44,643 nucleotides of DNA from Thermodesulfobacteriota bacterium. GTDB taxonomy: Bacteria > Desulfobacterota_D > UBA1144 > Nemesobacterales > N074bin48. Shown one piece after another: positions 1 through 9,502 of this stretch (its first letter is position 1; every line of letters starts with the position of its first letter). The DNA is taken from contig JBFFSH010000014.1 in NCBI GenBank assembly GCA_041572575.1, positions 1 to 44,643 of the forward strand, written 5' to 3'. The notes beneath the pieces were generated by a model, which did not search any database, was not told where the DNA came from, and saw nothing but the letters and a program-made list of their open reading frames with translations. A program made the position numbers and the translations under genes.

Positions 1-815
1 TAAATAGGATGCATCTGGTCCTGCACACCGGCAAGCTGATACATATCCTCTGAAGCCTCTTCTGTTATAACATCTATGATGTCGTCCGCTGTTATTCGGC
101 CCAGCAGTTTTCCCGTTTCATCTATAACAGGCAGAGCAAAAATATCGTATTTTTCAAATATTTCGGCAACCTCTTCCTGGTCAATTAATGGGGTAACAGT
201 AACCTCTGGCTCCACCATTAAATTTTTTAATTTTGTACTCGGATTTGATAGTAATAGCTTCTTTGGAGAAACCATCCCCAGCAATTTTTCAGCATCATCA
301 ATCACATATATATCCTGCAGGTCATCAATCTCATCTGCTATGAGCCTTATCCAGTTTATTGCATCCCTCACAGTAGAATCATCTGTAACCTCGGCAAGCT
401 CGGTCTGCATAATACCACCGGCAGTGTCTTCAGGGTACTGAAGTAGTGTCTTTACTTCTTCAAGTTCCTCAGGGTCTAGTTTGGACAACACCGGTGCAAC
501 ATCGGCATCGGCAAGATCGGCTATAACATCTGCCGCATCGTCTGAGTCCATTTCCTCAACAATGTCGGCAATCCTTTCATTATCCAGGTCTTCAAGCAGG
601 TCCTGTCTGTGCTCATCATCAAGCTCCAATAAAACTTCAGACGCAGTTTCATTATCCAGGGAGCTTAAGATATTTGAATGAATATCGGGATCGATATTGT
701 CCAGAATTTCGGCTATTTCAGATGGATGGTATTCTGAGAGCAGGCTCTTTATGTTATGGAGATTTCCATCTTCAATGTTTTTATTGATTTGATCCTTCAG
801 TTCCTGCAGTTCCAT
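1..815 (-). CDS. mgtE: Magnesium transporter MgtE, 5' portion (N domain + CBS pair); runs off left edge
   Basis: Manual minus-strand translation from ATG at 815: MELQELKDQINK...YHPSEIAEIL...EEMDSDDAADVI...YPEDTAGGIMQTE...DQEEVAEIFEKYDIFALPVID...GRITADDIIDVITEEASED, hallmark MgtE motifs. Not in the ORF track because no stop lies in the window. Confidence 0.93.
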   Translation of the reverse strand, partial: MELQELKDQINKNIEDGNLHNIKSLLSEYHPSEIAEILDNIDPDIHSNILSSLDNETASEVLLELDDEHRQDLLEDLDNERIADIVEEMDSDDAADVIADLADADVAPVLSKLDPEELEEVKTLLQYPEDTAGGIMQTELAEVTDDSTVRDAINWIRLIADEIDDLQDIYVIDDAEKLLGMVSPKKLLLSNPSTKLKNLMVEPEVTVTPLIDQEEVAEIFEKYDIFALPVIDETGKLLGRITADDIIDVITEEASEDMYQLAGVQDQMHPI

Positions 816-957
816 AACAAATCCCTAATACTAATTAGATTTTGGTATTCTAAAATACAAACCCTAAATGTAAAGATTTCCACTACTTATATTAATTAAT
901 TTAAAAATAATGAGTTATAGGTAAAATCGAAATAACAAAATCCGAATTGATAAAATC

Positions 958-1800
958 ATGGGAAAATTAAAAAACTACGGAAACTTTATAAAAGTTGAGC
1001 ACTCACTTTTTTCACTACCTCTTATTTTATGCGGGAGTTTTTTAGCGGTTTGGGGTCTTCCTGACCTAAAGCTCTTATGTCTGATTATAATTGCTGCTGT
1101 AGGAGCTAGAACCGCAGCACTTGCCATAAATAGGATACTCGATGCAAAAATTGATGTACTAAATCCTAGAACAAAGGATAGGGAGCTTCCCTCAGGAAAG
1201 ATAAATATTACCGAAGCTATTGTTATAACACTATCGGGGCTGGTTATTTATCTGATTTCCGCTTATTTCATTTGCGACCTTGTTTTGTATCTGAGTCCCA
1301 TACCTCTTGTTGTGTTTATTATCTATCCCCTTATGAAAAGATTCACGCCGTTTTGTCATTTCGGCGTCGGGCTTGGGCTTGCCCTTGCTCCCCTTGCAGG
1401 CTGGGTAGCTGTTACCTGTTCGCTCAGTAATCTGACTGCTCCAATGTTGTTATTCCTGTTCACTCTTTTCTGGGTAGCCGGCTTTGATATCATATATGCA
1501 ACGCTCGATGAAAAGTTTGATAAGGAAAAAGGCATATATTCCATCATTTCTGTATACGGCAAAGATAAAGGTCTGCTCATCTCTGCCGTACTGCATATTC
1601 TTGCATTTCTTAGTATTTTTGTTCTTTACCTGCTAATTTTTAAATCATACATATCACTATTATTTCTTTTAATAACAGGGGTTTTTCTCTATCTCGAACA
1701 CAAAAAATCAGAAAATGTAGACCTTGCATTCTTTAAGATAAATATAGTAGTTGGCTTTTCCGTATTTATTTTCGTACTAAGTGGGATATACTTACCCTGA
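958..1800 (+). CDS. mqnP: UbiA-family polyprenyltransferase (MqnP-like, menaquinone)
   Basis: IKVEHSLFSLP, NRILDAKIDVLNPRTKDRELPSG and GFDIIYATLD motifs; multi-TM; futalosine context. Confidence 0.85.
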   Translation: MGKLKNYGNFIKVEHSLFSLPLILCGSFLAVWGLPDLKLLCLIIIAAVGARTAALAINRILDAKIDVLNPRTKDRELPSGKINITEAIVITLSGLVIYLISAYFICDLVLYLSPIPLVVFIIYPLMKRFTPFCHFGVGLGLALAPLAGWVAVTCSLSNLTAPMLLFLFTLFWVAGFDIIYATLDEKFDKEKGIYSIISVYGKDKGLLISAVLHILAFLSIFVLYLLIFKSYISLLFLLITGVFLYLEHKKSENVDLAFFKINIVVGFSVFIFVLSGIYLP

Positions 1801-1801
1801 T

Positions 1802-2353
1802 ATGAGAACGATAATAGGATTTACAGGAGCTTCAGGTGCTGCATACGGGGTCGATTTTTTAAGAAGATGCCCGGACGAAAAATATGCGATATTCAGCAAG
1901 TGGGGAAAACGCGTACTTCACGAAGAGCTTGGCTTAAAAGTAGAAGAAGTCTCCAACTGGGCTACAAAGACTTTTAGTGACTCAGACCTTGCAGCCCCTT
2001 TTTCATCAGGCAGCAACCATTTCGATTCACTTGTAATCATTCCATGTTCCGTTTCAACACTTGCTAAAATTGCAAACGGCATAGCAGATACACTAATTAC
2101 CAGAGTTGCTCAGGTTGCACTTAAAGAAAGAAGAAGGCTTGTAATTGCACTTAGGGAAACCCCTCTAAGCTCAATAGCACTAGAAAATGCGCTAAAGTTA
2201 TCTAGAGAAGGGGCAGTAATCATGCCCATAAGCCCGCCGCATTATATCGATGCAGAGAACATTAGTGAGCTTATAGAAGGATATGTGGATAAAGTACTAA
2301 ATGTTGTGGGTGTAGAGACAGAGGGCGGGTGGAAGTACGAAGAGCTTGAATAA
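1802..2353 (+). CDS. ubiX: Flavin prenyltransferase UbiX
   Basis: TGASGA, SSGS, IPCS-STL-KIA-G, RETP motifs; ATG at 1802 directly after the upstream TGA preferred over the GTG at 1781. Confidence 0.92.
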   Translation: MRTIIGFTGASGAAYGVDFLRRCPDEKYAIFSKWGKRVLHEELGLKVEEVSNWATKTFSDSDLAAPFSSGSNHFDSLVIIPCSVSTLAKIANGIADTLITRVAQVALKERRRLVIALRETPLSSIALENALKLSREGAVIMPISPPHYIDAENISELIEGYVDKVLNVVGVETEGGWKYEELE

Positions 2354-2450
2354 ATTTCACCTGAATTAGTCGCTAAACTATAAAAATCAGAATTTTTCTG
2401 TTATACCTCTTTGCTTAAAAATTAAATTCAGATTCAGTAATAATATCATT

Positions 2451-4235
2451 ATGGGTAGACACAATTTTCATGACTTACAGCAGTTTATAGATCATCTTGA
2501 GGCAATAGGTGATCTTAAAAGGATTACGGCCGAAGTAGACCCGATTTTAGAAATAACAGAGATTGCCTCAAGGGTTATTGAAGAAGGAGGCCCTGCACTT
2601 ATATTTGAAAACGTAAAAGGTGCCGCATTTCCAATGGCTATTAACCTCTTTGGAACTATGGAGAGGGTAAACCTGGCGCTTGGAAGGGAACCAAGAGAGG
2701 TAGGAGAAGAGCTTGTTTATCTGTTTGAAAAAGTAAATCCACCATCGTTTAAATCATTTTCTACAATACTCCCAAAAGCCTATGATCTTCTTTCTATGAG
2801 AACAAAGAATTTAAGAAGCGGTTTTTCACAGCAGGTTGAAGAGCAACCAAATCTATCCAGGCTTCCTATTATGCAGTGCTGGCCTGAAGACGGCGGAAGG
2901 TTCATAACGCTTGGTCTAGTACTCACAAACGACCCGGTTACAAAAAGAAGAAATCTGGGCATATACCGCATGCAGGTATATGATGATAAAACTACAGGTA
3001 TGCACTGGCATCCACATAAAGGCGGTGCTGCGCACTACCATGAAGCAGCAAAGCTAGGGCAGGACTTAGATGTCGCTGTAGTACTTGGCGGTGATCCAAA
3101 GATGATATTTACTGCAATCGCCCCGCTTCCTGACGGCATGGACGAGCTTGCCTTTGCAAGCTACCTTAGAGGAAAACCAATCCCTATGGTACAGGGAAAG
3201 AGCGTTAATCTAAAAGTCCCGGCAAATGCTGAATTTATCATAGAAGGCACTGTACCTCAGGGAGTGCTTAGAGAAGAAGGCCCGTTTGGCGACCATTTTG
3301 GCTACTATTCGATGCAGGCAGACTTTCCTGTATTTAATGTCAGTGAAATCACAAGAAGGCTGCTGCCTGTTTTTCCGGCAACTATAGTGGGCAAACCTCC
3401 AAAAGAAGACATATTCCTGGGAATCGCGGCAGGGGAGATGTTTTCCCCTCTTATAAAAATTATTCAGCCTGAAGTTAAACGCATGTGGGCTTATCCTGAA
3501 GCCGGGTTTCATAACCTGTTAGTTGTCTCTGTAGATGAGAGATATCCAAAAAACGGAATAAAAGCCATGCTTGCACTCTGGGGCACGGGACAGCTTCTTT
3601 TAACAAAATGCATGATAATGGTCTCTAGTGATGTAGACCCGACTGACTTTAGCGCAGTACTTACTGAGATTGGAGAAAATTTCTACGCTAAAGAAGATTT
3701 TCTTCTCATACCATGGGCACCGCTGGATACTTTAGATTTTACGAGCGGCAAGCTAAACGTCGGAAGCAAGATGGGTATAAATGCTGTAAGAAAGCCGCAC
3801 ACTAGCGGAAGAAAAAAGTCTCCAGTTCCAACATCAGTTCCTAATCCAAAAGAAAAGCATAAAGAAATTCTGGATTACAAGCTTTTGCCTGGTGGTATTC
3901 TTGTATTAAAAATAACGGATCAGAAAGAGCCAAAGAAAGTTCTGGAAAAAATGTTTAAAACTCCCGGGTACAAAGATGTCAGGATAATGATACTTCAGAG
4001 CAAGGATATTGATCTAAATAACCAGACCGAACTTATCTGGGGAATGTTCACTAGATTTGATCCCTATCTTGATGTAATATTCGAGCACACTGAGCTCAGG
4101 GGTTCGGCAGTGATATATGACGGTAGAATGGGAATTGATGCAACGTATAAAAATTCGTATCCCAATGTAATAGAGATGTCATCAAATATTAAACAAAAGG
4201 TGAGTAAAAGATGGAAGGATTACTGGAAACAATAG
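2451..4235 (+). CDS. ubiD: UbiD-family (prFMN) menaquinone biosynthesis decarboxylase, MqnL-like
   Basis: WPEDGGRFIT, NLGIYRMQ, EGPFGDHFGYY, GKPPKED motifs; adjacent to ubiX and mqnE. Confidence 0.92.
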   Translation: MGRHNFHDLQQFIDHLEAIGDLKRITAEVDPILEITEIASRVIEEGGPALIFENVKGAAFPMAINLFGTMERVNLALGREPREVGEELVYLFEKVNPPSFKSFSTILPKAYDLLSMRTKNLRSGFSQQVEEQPNLSRLPIMQCWPEDGGRFITLGLVLTNDPVTKRRNLGIYRMQVYDDKTTGMHWHPHKGGAAHYHEAAKLGQDLDVAVVLGGDPKMIFTAIAPLPDGMDELAFASYLRGKPIPMVQGKSVNLKVPANAEFIIEGTVPQGVLREEGPFGDHFGYYSMQADFPVFNVSEITRRLLPVFPATIVGKPPKEDIFLGIAAGEMFSPLIKIIQPEVKRMWAYPEAGFHNLLVVSVDERYPKNGIKAMLALWGTGQLLLTKCMIMVSSDVDPTDFSAVLTEIGENFYAKEDFLLIPWAPLDTLDFTSGKLNVGSKMGINAVRKPHTSGRKKSPVPTSVPNPKEKHKEILDYKLLPGGILVLKITDQKEPKKVLEKMFKTPGYKDVRIMILQSKDIDLNNQTELIWGMFTRFDPYLDVIFEHTELRGSAVIYDGRMGIDATYKNSYPNVIEMSSNIKQKVSKRWKDYWKQ

Positions 4236-5320
4236 AAAAACTTTGCAGCGATAAAGAACTGTTACCAATACTTAATAAGGTAGAAAAAGAGGAGCGCCTC
4301 TCATTTGATGAAGGACTCAAAATTTTAGAGACCGATGATCTTAACACTGTGGGTATGATGGCAGATTATGTTAAGCGCAGAAGAGAGGGAGACAATGTTT
4401 ACTTTGTTGTTAACCGACATGTAAATCCATCAAACATCTGTGCAATTTCATGCAGGTTCTGCGCATTTGGAGTCACAAAAAAATCAGCAAATGCCTATGA
4501 GCTATCTATTGAACAGATCCTTTCGATGCTAAATGAAGAGATCAGGGAAGTGCATATAGTAGGAGGCCTTCACCCTGATTGGGAATTTAAACATTATTTA
4601 GAAATTGTAAAATCAATTAAAGACAGTTACCCCGAAACTCATGTAAAAGCCTTTACCGCAGTTGAAATAGACTGGTTTTGTGAAATAAGCGGCAAGAGCT
4701 TAACAGAGGTATTAGAAATCTTAAAAGAAGCAGGAGTAGATGCCCTTACAGGTGGAGGAGCAGAAATACTGCACCCTGATATAAGAAAGAAGATCTGCGC
4801 ACCAAAGACTATTGCAACAAGGTGGGAAGAAATACACAAAACTGCACACAGCCTTGGAATTCCTACAAACGCGACAATTCTTTACGGTCATATTGAAAAA
4901 CCATTTCATGTTGTAGACCATCTGGAAAGACTTAGAAACGTTGAAGATGAATCCCCGGGGTTTTTTGCATTTATCCCTGTGTTGTTTCAGCCTGATAATA
5001 CTGGTCTAAAAAAAGATGTTAAATTTTTCCCGGCTTCATATGATATGAAGGTTCATGCACTTGCAAGGCTTTACCTTGATAACTTCCCTCACATAAAAGC
5101 ATACTGGATCACTCTTGGAGAAAAAGCCGCTCAGGTGGCACTTCATTACGGATGCAGTGATGCAGACGGTACAATTATGAGAGAAAAGATCATCCACGAT
5201 GCAGGCGCCCCATCAGAGCTTGGTCACAGCCGTGACTTCATGGTAAATATGATCAAAAACGCTGGTTATACACCCGTAGAACGTGACGCGCTCTATAATG
5301 TGGTTAGGGTTTATAATTAA
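4211..5320 (+). CDS. mqnE: Aminofutalosine synthase MqnE (CofH/MqnC-family radical SAM)
   Basis: NRHVNPSNICAISCRFC (CxxxCxxC), EVHIVGGLHP, HVKAFTAVEI, GGGAEI, HIKAYW, PVERDALY. Confidence 0.88.
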   Translation: MEGLLETIEKLCSDKELLPILNKVEKEERLSFDEGLKILETDDLNTVGMMADYVKRRREGDNVYFVVNRHVNPSNICAISCRFCAFGVTKKSANAYELSIEQILSMLNEEIREVHIVGGLHPDWEFKHYLEIVKSIKDSYPETHVKAFTAVEIDWFCEISGKSLTEVLEILKEAGVDALTGGGAEILHPDIRKKICAPKTIATRWEEIHKTAHSLGIPTNATILYGHIEKPFHVVDHLERLRNVEDESPGFFAFIPVLFQPDNTGLKKDVKFFPASYDMKVHALARLYLDNFPHIKAYWITLGEKAAQVALHYGCSDADGTIMREKIIHDAGAPSELGHSRDFMVNMIKNAGYTPVERDALYNVVRVYN

Positions 5321-5333
5321 ACTTAATATATAT

Positions 5334-5624
5334 TTATAAATCCCTCTCCATATCCATGCTTCCGTGAAGAATTCTCATTACTAAGATTCCAGCTTCTTTT
5401 TGTTTATAGATAATTGAGTGACTTACATATTCATATCGAAAATATCCTTGTTTTATATAATCGATCTTTCTTCCTAAATTAGGTTTGTCAGCTAGCTTAA
5501 TTAAACTTTGTTCTAATCCCAGGAAATAAGAATCCGCTTTCGATTCTCCAAAATTGTTGTAGGAATAAATATAAATTTCAGTTAGGTCCTGATCAGCCTT
5601 TCCTGAAAGCTCATAGTCAGCCAT
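5334..5624 (-). CDS. parE: Type II toxin, RelE/ParE family
   Basis: YELS-KA-QDL-EI-YS---FG---AD-Y, GYFRY...SH-I-Y...VMRILH-SMD pattern; overlaps the antitoxin stop. Confidence 0.88.
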   Translation of the reverse strand: MADYELSGKADQDLTEIYIYSYNNFGESKADSYFLGLEQSLIKLADKPNLGRKIDYIKQGYFRYEYVSHSIIYKQKEAGILVMRILHGSMDMERDL

Positions 5625-5850
5625 TCTTTAGAGAACCTTTAGTTGCTGCAACTATGTCTGAAACTTTTCTATTACTAATTCCACTTCGTTCCCCTTCAAT
5701 AAGTGCAAGCCTGATTACTTCATGCTCGCGTTGGTCATGCCTTATTAAATCACGCATATAATCACTTGCGTTTGCGTATTCACCACTTTTTACCTGTTCA
5801 TCAATCCATTTCCTCATAGAATCTGTTAATGAAATATTTAATGTAGCCAT
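5617..5850 (-). CDS. parD: Type II antitoxin, ParD (ribbon-helix-helix) family
   Basis: MATLNISLTDSM-WI-QV-SGEYANASDY-RDLIR...ALIEGE-SG; start set at ATG 5850 because the promoter lies inside the longer ORF call. Confidence 0.88.
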   Translation of the reverse strand: MATLNISLTDSMRKWIDEQVKSGEYANASDYMRDLIRHDQREHEVIRLALIEGERSGISNRKVSDIVAATKGSLKNG

Positions 5851-5868
5851 ATTTAAGCCCCAAAATAT

Positions 5869-5912
5869 TAATTTATGACATAAATTATACAAAGTTTGCC
5901 AATATTAATCAA
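5869..5912 (-). promoter_or_regulatory. sigma70 promoter of parDE with overlapping palindromic operator
   Basis: Minus strand TTGATT (5912-5907), 17 nt spacer, TATAAT (5889-5884); perfect palindrome TAATTTATG-A-CATAAATTA at 5869-5887. Confidence 0.75.
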
Positions 5913-5922
5913 TTGTTTATTA

Positions 5923-6432
5923 TCATGATAGTTTATTCCCATACCCATCCAAATGAAAAACCTCCTGTGGGGATTTTCTGAATTTGGTTGTGTTCGCATA
6001 AGTTTTATTAAAATAGCCAAATGGCAGTACGGTCAGAACCTGCCATCTGTTGGGAATATTTAGCAGTGACATTATTCCACCGGTATCAAGCCTGCCAATC
6101 CAGCACGTTCCAAGATCAAGGCTCCATGCCGTAAGAGCCATATTTTGGGCTGCTCTTGTAGTATCTATCTGAAACCATTTAGAGGATTGATCTGTGAGAA
6201 TTACCACGGCAAATCCTGCCTGAGAGACAAACCTTCCGCTTATGCAGTAGTCCCCAAGCTTTTTTAAAACCTTCTTATCCTTTACTAAAATAAACTCCCA
6301 TGGCTGATCATTATGGGCGCTTGGTGCAAGTCTTGCTGATTCCATAACTTTCATGATTACTTCATCTGAAACCTGTTTATCAATAAAATTCCTTACTGAG
6401 CTTAGTGTACTAACACATTCAAACACATCCAT
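5923..6432 (-). CDS. Nitroreductase family protein
   Basis: SVRNF, APSAHNDQPWEF, AQNM-L-A-SL-LGTCWIG, PFGY motifs. Confidence 0.88.
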   Translation of the reverse strand: MDVFECVSTLSSVRNFIDKQVSDEVIMKVMESARLAPSAHNDQPWEFILVKDKKVLKKLGDYCISGRFVSQAGFAVVILTDQSSKWFQIDTTRAAQNMALTAWSLDLGTCWIGRLDTGGIMSLLNIPNRWQVLTVLPFGYFNKTYANTTKFRKSPQEVFHLDGYGNKLS

Positions 6433-6512
6433 TTTAGTCTCCTTATTAATGCTTCAATTGATAATAACCTTGCAAAAAAATTAGCACTTTGATACTATAA
6501 GATAATACAATT

Positions 6513-7709
6513 ATGTGCCAGACAAACCAAATGACCGAGAATGGACTTCCTGCAAATATTTTAGTAGTTGATGACGAGCCTGATCTTGAGCTTCTTATTA
6601 AACAGAAGTTTAGGAAAAAGGTTAAGAACAACGAATTCAACTTCACATTTGCTAACAACGGCCTTGAGGCTCTAAATAGAATACAAGAAGACAAGGAAAT
6701 AGATATTGTACTTACAGACATTAATATGCCGGAGATGGACGGTCTTACTCTTGTTTCCAAGCTCACAGAACAATACCCCACACTGAGATCGGTAATCGTG
6801 TCTGCCTACGGGGATATGGGTAATATAAGAAAAGCGCTTAACTTTGGTGCATTTGATTTCATTACTAAACCCATCAATTTTGAAGATCTCGAAATTACAA
6901 TTGATAAAACTATTCAGGAAGTATCCGGTCTTAAAGAAGCTGAGGACAACCGCCAAAAATTAACGAAAATCCAGGATGAGCTGAATATCGCTTATCAGAT
7001 ACAGTCCTCAATGGTTCCTAGAGTTTTTCCTCCATATCCGGATAGGAATGAATTTGATATATTTGCCAAAATGTATCCCGCAAAAAATGTAGGTGGAGAC
7101 TTTTATGATTTTTTTCTGATTGATCCATATCATCTTTATTTTTTAATAGGTGATGTATCTGGAAAGGGCGTACCTGCAGCACTTTTTATGGCCATGAGCA
7201 GAACACTTATAAAGGCAACGGCTATGAGAGGAATTCCCCCTGATGTATGCCTTGCAGAGGTTAATAAGCTACTGAGCCTGGATAATGAATCCAGTATGTT
7301 TGTAACAGTTTTTGCAGGAGTTCTCAATACATTTACCGGAGAGGTAATTTACTGTAATGGTGGACATAATCTGCCATACATTATAAAAAGTTCAGGAGAG
7401 GTCTTAAGCATCGAAAATACAAACGGCGTAGCGCTTGCATTTATGGATGAAGAAAATCTTTACAGCAGTAAATCTTATAATTTAAGCCCGGGTGATAAGA
7501 TTTTTCTATACACTGACGGAGTAACAGAAGCTACCGACTCTGATGACTTCTTTTTCACTGACGAGCGGCTGGAAAAGTTCTTAAATGACCATAAACAAGA
7601 CTCGATTACCGATCTTGTTAATAAAACTGTAGAAGAGGTTTATTCATATTCAACGGGTACCACACAGTCTGATGATATAACTGCCTTATGTGTACAGTAT
7701 ATGAAGTAA
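6513..7709 (+). CDS. Response-regulator receiver + PP2C/SpoIIE (RsbU-like) phosphatase
   Basis: ILVVDDE...TDINMPEMDG...KP receiver; VGGDFYD, GDVSGKG, NGGH, YTDGVTEA, SDDIT. Start may be ATG 6531. Confidence 0.9.
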   Translation: MCQTNQMTENGLPANILVVDDEPDLELLIKQKFRKKVKNNEFNFTFANNGLEALNRIQEDKEIDIVLTDINMPEMDGLTLVSKLTEQYPTLRSVIVSAYGDMGNIRKALNFGAFDFITKPINFEDLEITIDKTIQEVSGLKEAEDNRQKLTKIQDELNIAYQIQSSMVPRVFPPYPDRNEFDIFAKMYPAKNVGGDFYDFFLIDPYHLYFLIGDVSGKGVPAALFMAMSRTLIKATAMRGIPPDVCLAEVNKLLSLDNESSMFVTVFAGVLNTFTGEVIYCNGGHNLPYIIKSSGEVLSIENTNGVALAFMDEENLYSSKSYNLSPGDKIFLYTDGVTEATDSDDFFFTDERLEKFLNDHKQDSITDLVNKTVEEVYSYSTGTTQSDDITALCVQYMK

Positions 7710-7770
7710 TATCTGTATTTTCATATCTTAATTTTTCTTTATTCACATATTTTAATATATTCTAATTCTT

Positions 7771-9471
7771 ATGAATAATGTCGATTCTGACAAATCCTAT
7801 CTATTTGCACAGGTAAACCCCGAGCCCGTACTTAGGCTCGATTCAAAGGGAAATGTTCTTGTGGCAAATGAAGGTTCTAAAAAGCTTTTTAAAAAGGACG
7901 AGATAGAAGGCCTATCATGGTTTGAGTTATGCCCTGGAACCACAAAAGGCATCTTTCAAAAGCTTATTAAAGAAAATAAATCAGACCAATTAGAGTTTGA
8001 AATAAATTCTAAATATTATCAGTTCAACATTAGACCCATACCGGAATATGGTTTTGTGCATCTTTATGGCACCGATATAACCAAGAGAAAGAAAACTGAA
8101 CTGGTGCTAAAGGAAAACATTAGTGAGGTTGAGAGAAAAAACAGGTTTGTATCTATTATTAACTCTATTTCCACAAATGTTCATCAGTCTATCAGCCTGG
8201 GTGAAGTACTCGAAAGAACAGTACAGTCACTTTCTGAGAATCTACATTATTTACATTTAATAAGCATCTATATAATTGAAGACAATTGTTTAATACTCAA
8301 AGCACACAGCGGCCTTCCGGACTGGCTGTTAGAAAAAGCAAAAATCATTCCGTACCCCAACGGCTATATGTGGAAAACCATTGCAGCAGGGGTAACTCGT
8401 TACTCTCCTGATGCAACAAAAGAAGAGGTTATTGGCAAGACCAGCGAAAGGCTCAATATAAACAGTTTTCTTTGCATACCTCTAAGAGACAAAGAAGAGA
8501 TTATAGGTGCGCTCAGTGTAAGTTCTAAAAATAAATATGCATTTGAAAGCGGTGAGCAGGAACTGTTCAAAATAGTGGTTTCACAAATAGAAGACGCAAT
8601 TAGCAATGCAAGACTTGCTGAAGAAAGACAAAATTTAATTGGCCAGCTCGAAGAAAATTTAGAAAAAATCAAAAGCATTCAGAAGGAACTTATAACACAG
8701 GAAAAGCTTGCATCCCTTGGTACACTCACAGCTGGTATTGCTCATGAGATAAAGAACCCTCTCAATTTTGTTAATAACTTTTCTGAAATAGCGTTGGAAC
8801 TTACTGAAGAATTAAATGAAGCTTTGGATAAGGAAAAGGATAATATTTCTAAAGAAACTTATCTGGATATAACCGATATCATTGAAAACCTGCAGAGTAA
8901 TTCTAAGAAAATCAATGAGCATGGAAAACGTGCAGACAGAATAGTGCACACAATGCTCCAGCACTCAAGAGACAAAAAAGGGGATAAGCAGCTTACAGAT
9001 ATCAACACTCTGTTGGATGATGATATAAACCTTGCTTACCATGGAATGAGGGCACAGGACGACACTTTTAATGTCTCAATTAATAAGGACTTTGATACTT
9101 CGATAGAAAAACTAAGCATTGTGCCTCAGGATATTAGCAGAGTTCTATTAAATATTCTTACTAATGCATTTTATGAGACCAGTAAAAAGTATAAAATGAG
9201 GGGCAGTGACTACTCTCCAGAGGTTAGAATAAGCTCAAATAATCTCGAAAATGAAGTTGAGATAAGAATTAAAGATAATGCTGATGGTATTCCAGTAGAA
9301 GTACAAGATAAATTATTCACACCATTTTTTACTACCAAACCCTCAGGTGAAGGCACAGGTCTTGGACTATCGATCTCCTATGACATTATAGTCCAGGAGC
9401 ATGGTGGTACTCTTTCCTTTGAGACCGAGGAAGGAAAGTTTACTGAGTTTAAAATTACACTACCAAAATAA
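7771..9471 (+). CDS. PAS/GAF sensor histidine kinase (cytoplasmic)
   Basis: PAS-like N-terminus, GAF, H-box AHEIKNPLNF, N-box, PFFTTKP-GEGTGLGLS. Confidence 0.88.
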   Translation: MNNVDSDKSYLFAQVNPEPVLRLDSKGNVLVANEGSKKLFKKDEIEGLSWFELCPGTTKGIFQKLIKENKSDQLEFEINSKYYQFNIRPIPEYGFVHLYGTDITKRKKTELVLKENISEVERKNRFVSIINSISTNVHQSISLGEVLERTVQSLSENLHYLHLISIYIIEDNCLILKAHSGLPDWLLEKAKIIPYPNGYMWKTIAAGVTRYSPDATKEEVIGKTSERLNINSFLCIPLRDKEEIIGALSVSSKNKYAFESGEQELFKIVVSQIEDAISNARLAEERQNLIGQLEENLEKIKSIQKELITQEKLASLGTLTAGIAHEIKNPLNFVNNFSEIALELTEELNEALDKEKDNISKETYLDITDIIENLQSNSKKINEHGKRADRIVHTMLQHSRDKKGDKQLTDINTLLDDDINLAYHGMRAQDDTFNVSINKDFDTSIEKLSIVPQDISRVLLNILTNAFYETSKKYKMRGSDYSPEVRISSNNLENEVEIRIKDNADGIPVEVQDKLFTPFFTTKPSGEGTGLGLSISYDIIVQEHGGTLSFETEEGKFTEFKITLPK

Positions 9472-9502
9472 ATTATTTTGAATAATCTTTTAATATAACT
9501 AA

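Noticed and set aside
76..681. Plus-strand Ser-rich ORFs 76-441 and 481-681
   Set aside because: Antisense shadows of mgtE on the minus strand
816..957. M-box riboswitch upstream of mgtE
   Set aside because: Only ~140 nt of very AT-rich divergent promoter DNA, with no recognisable structure
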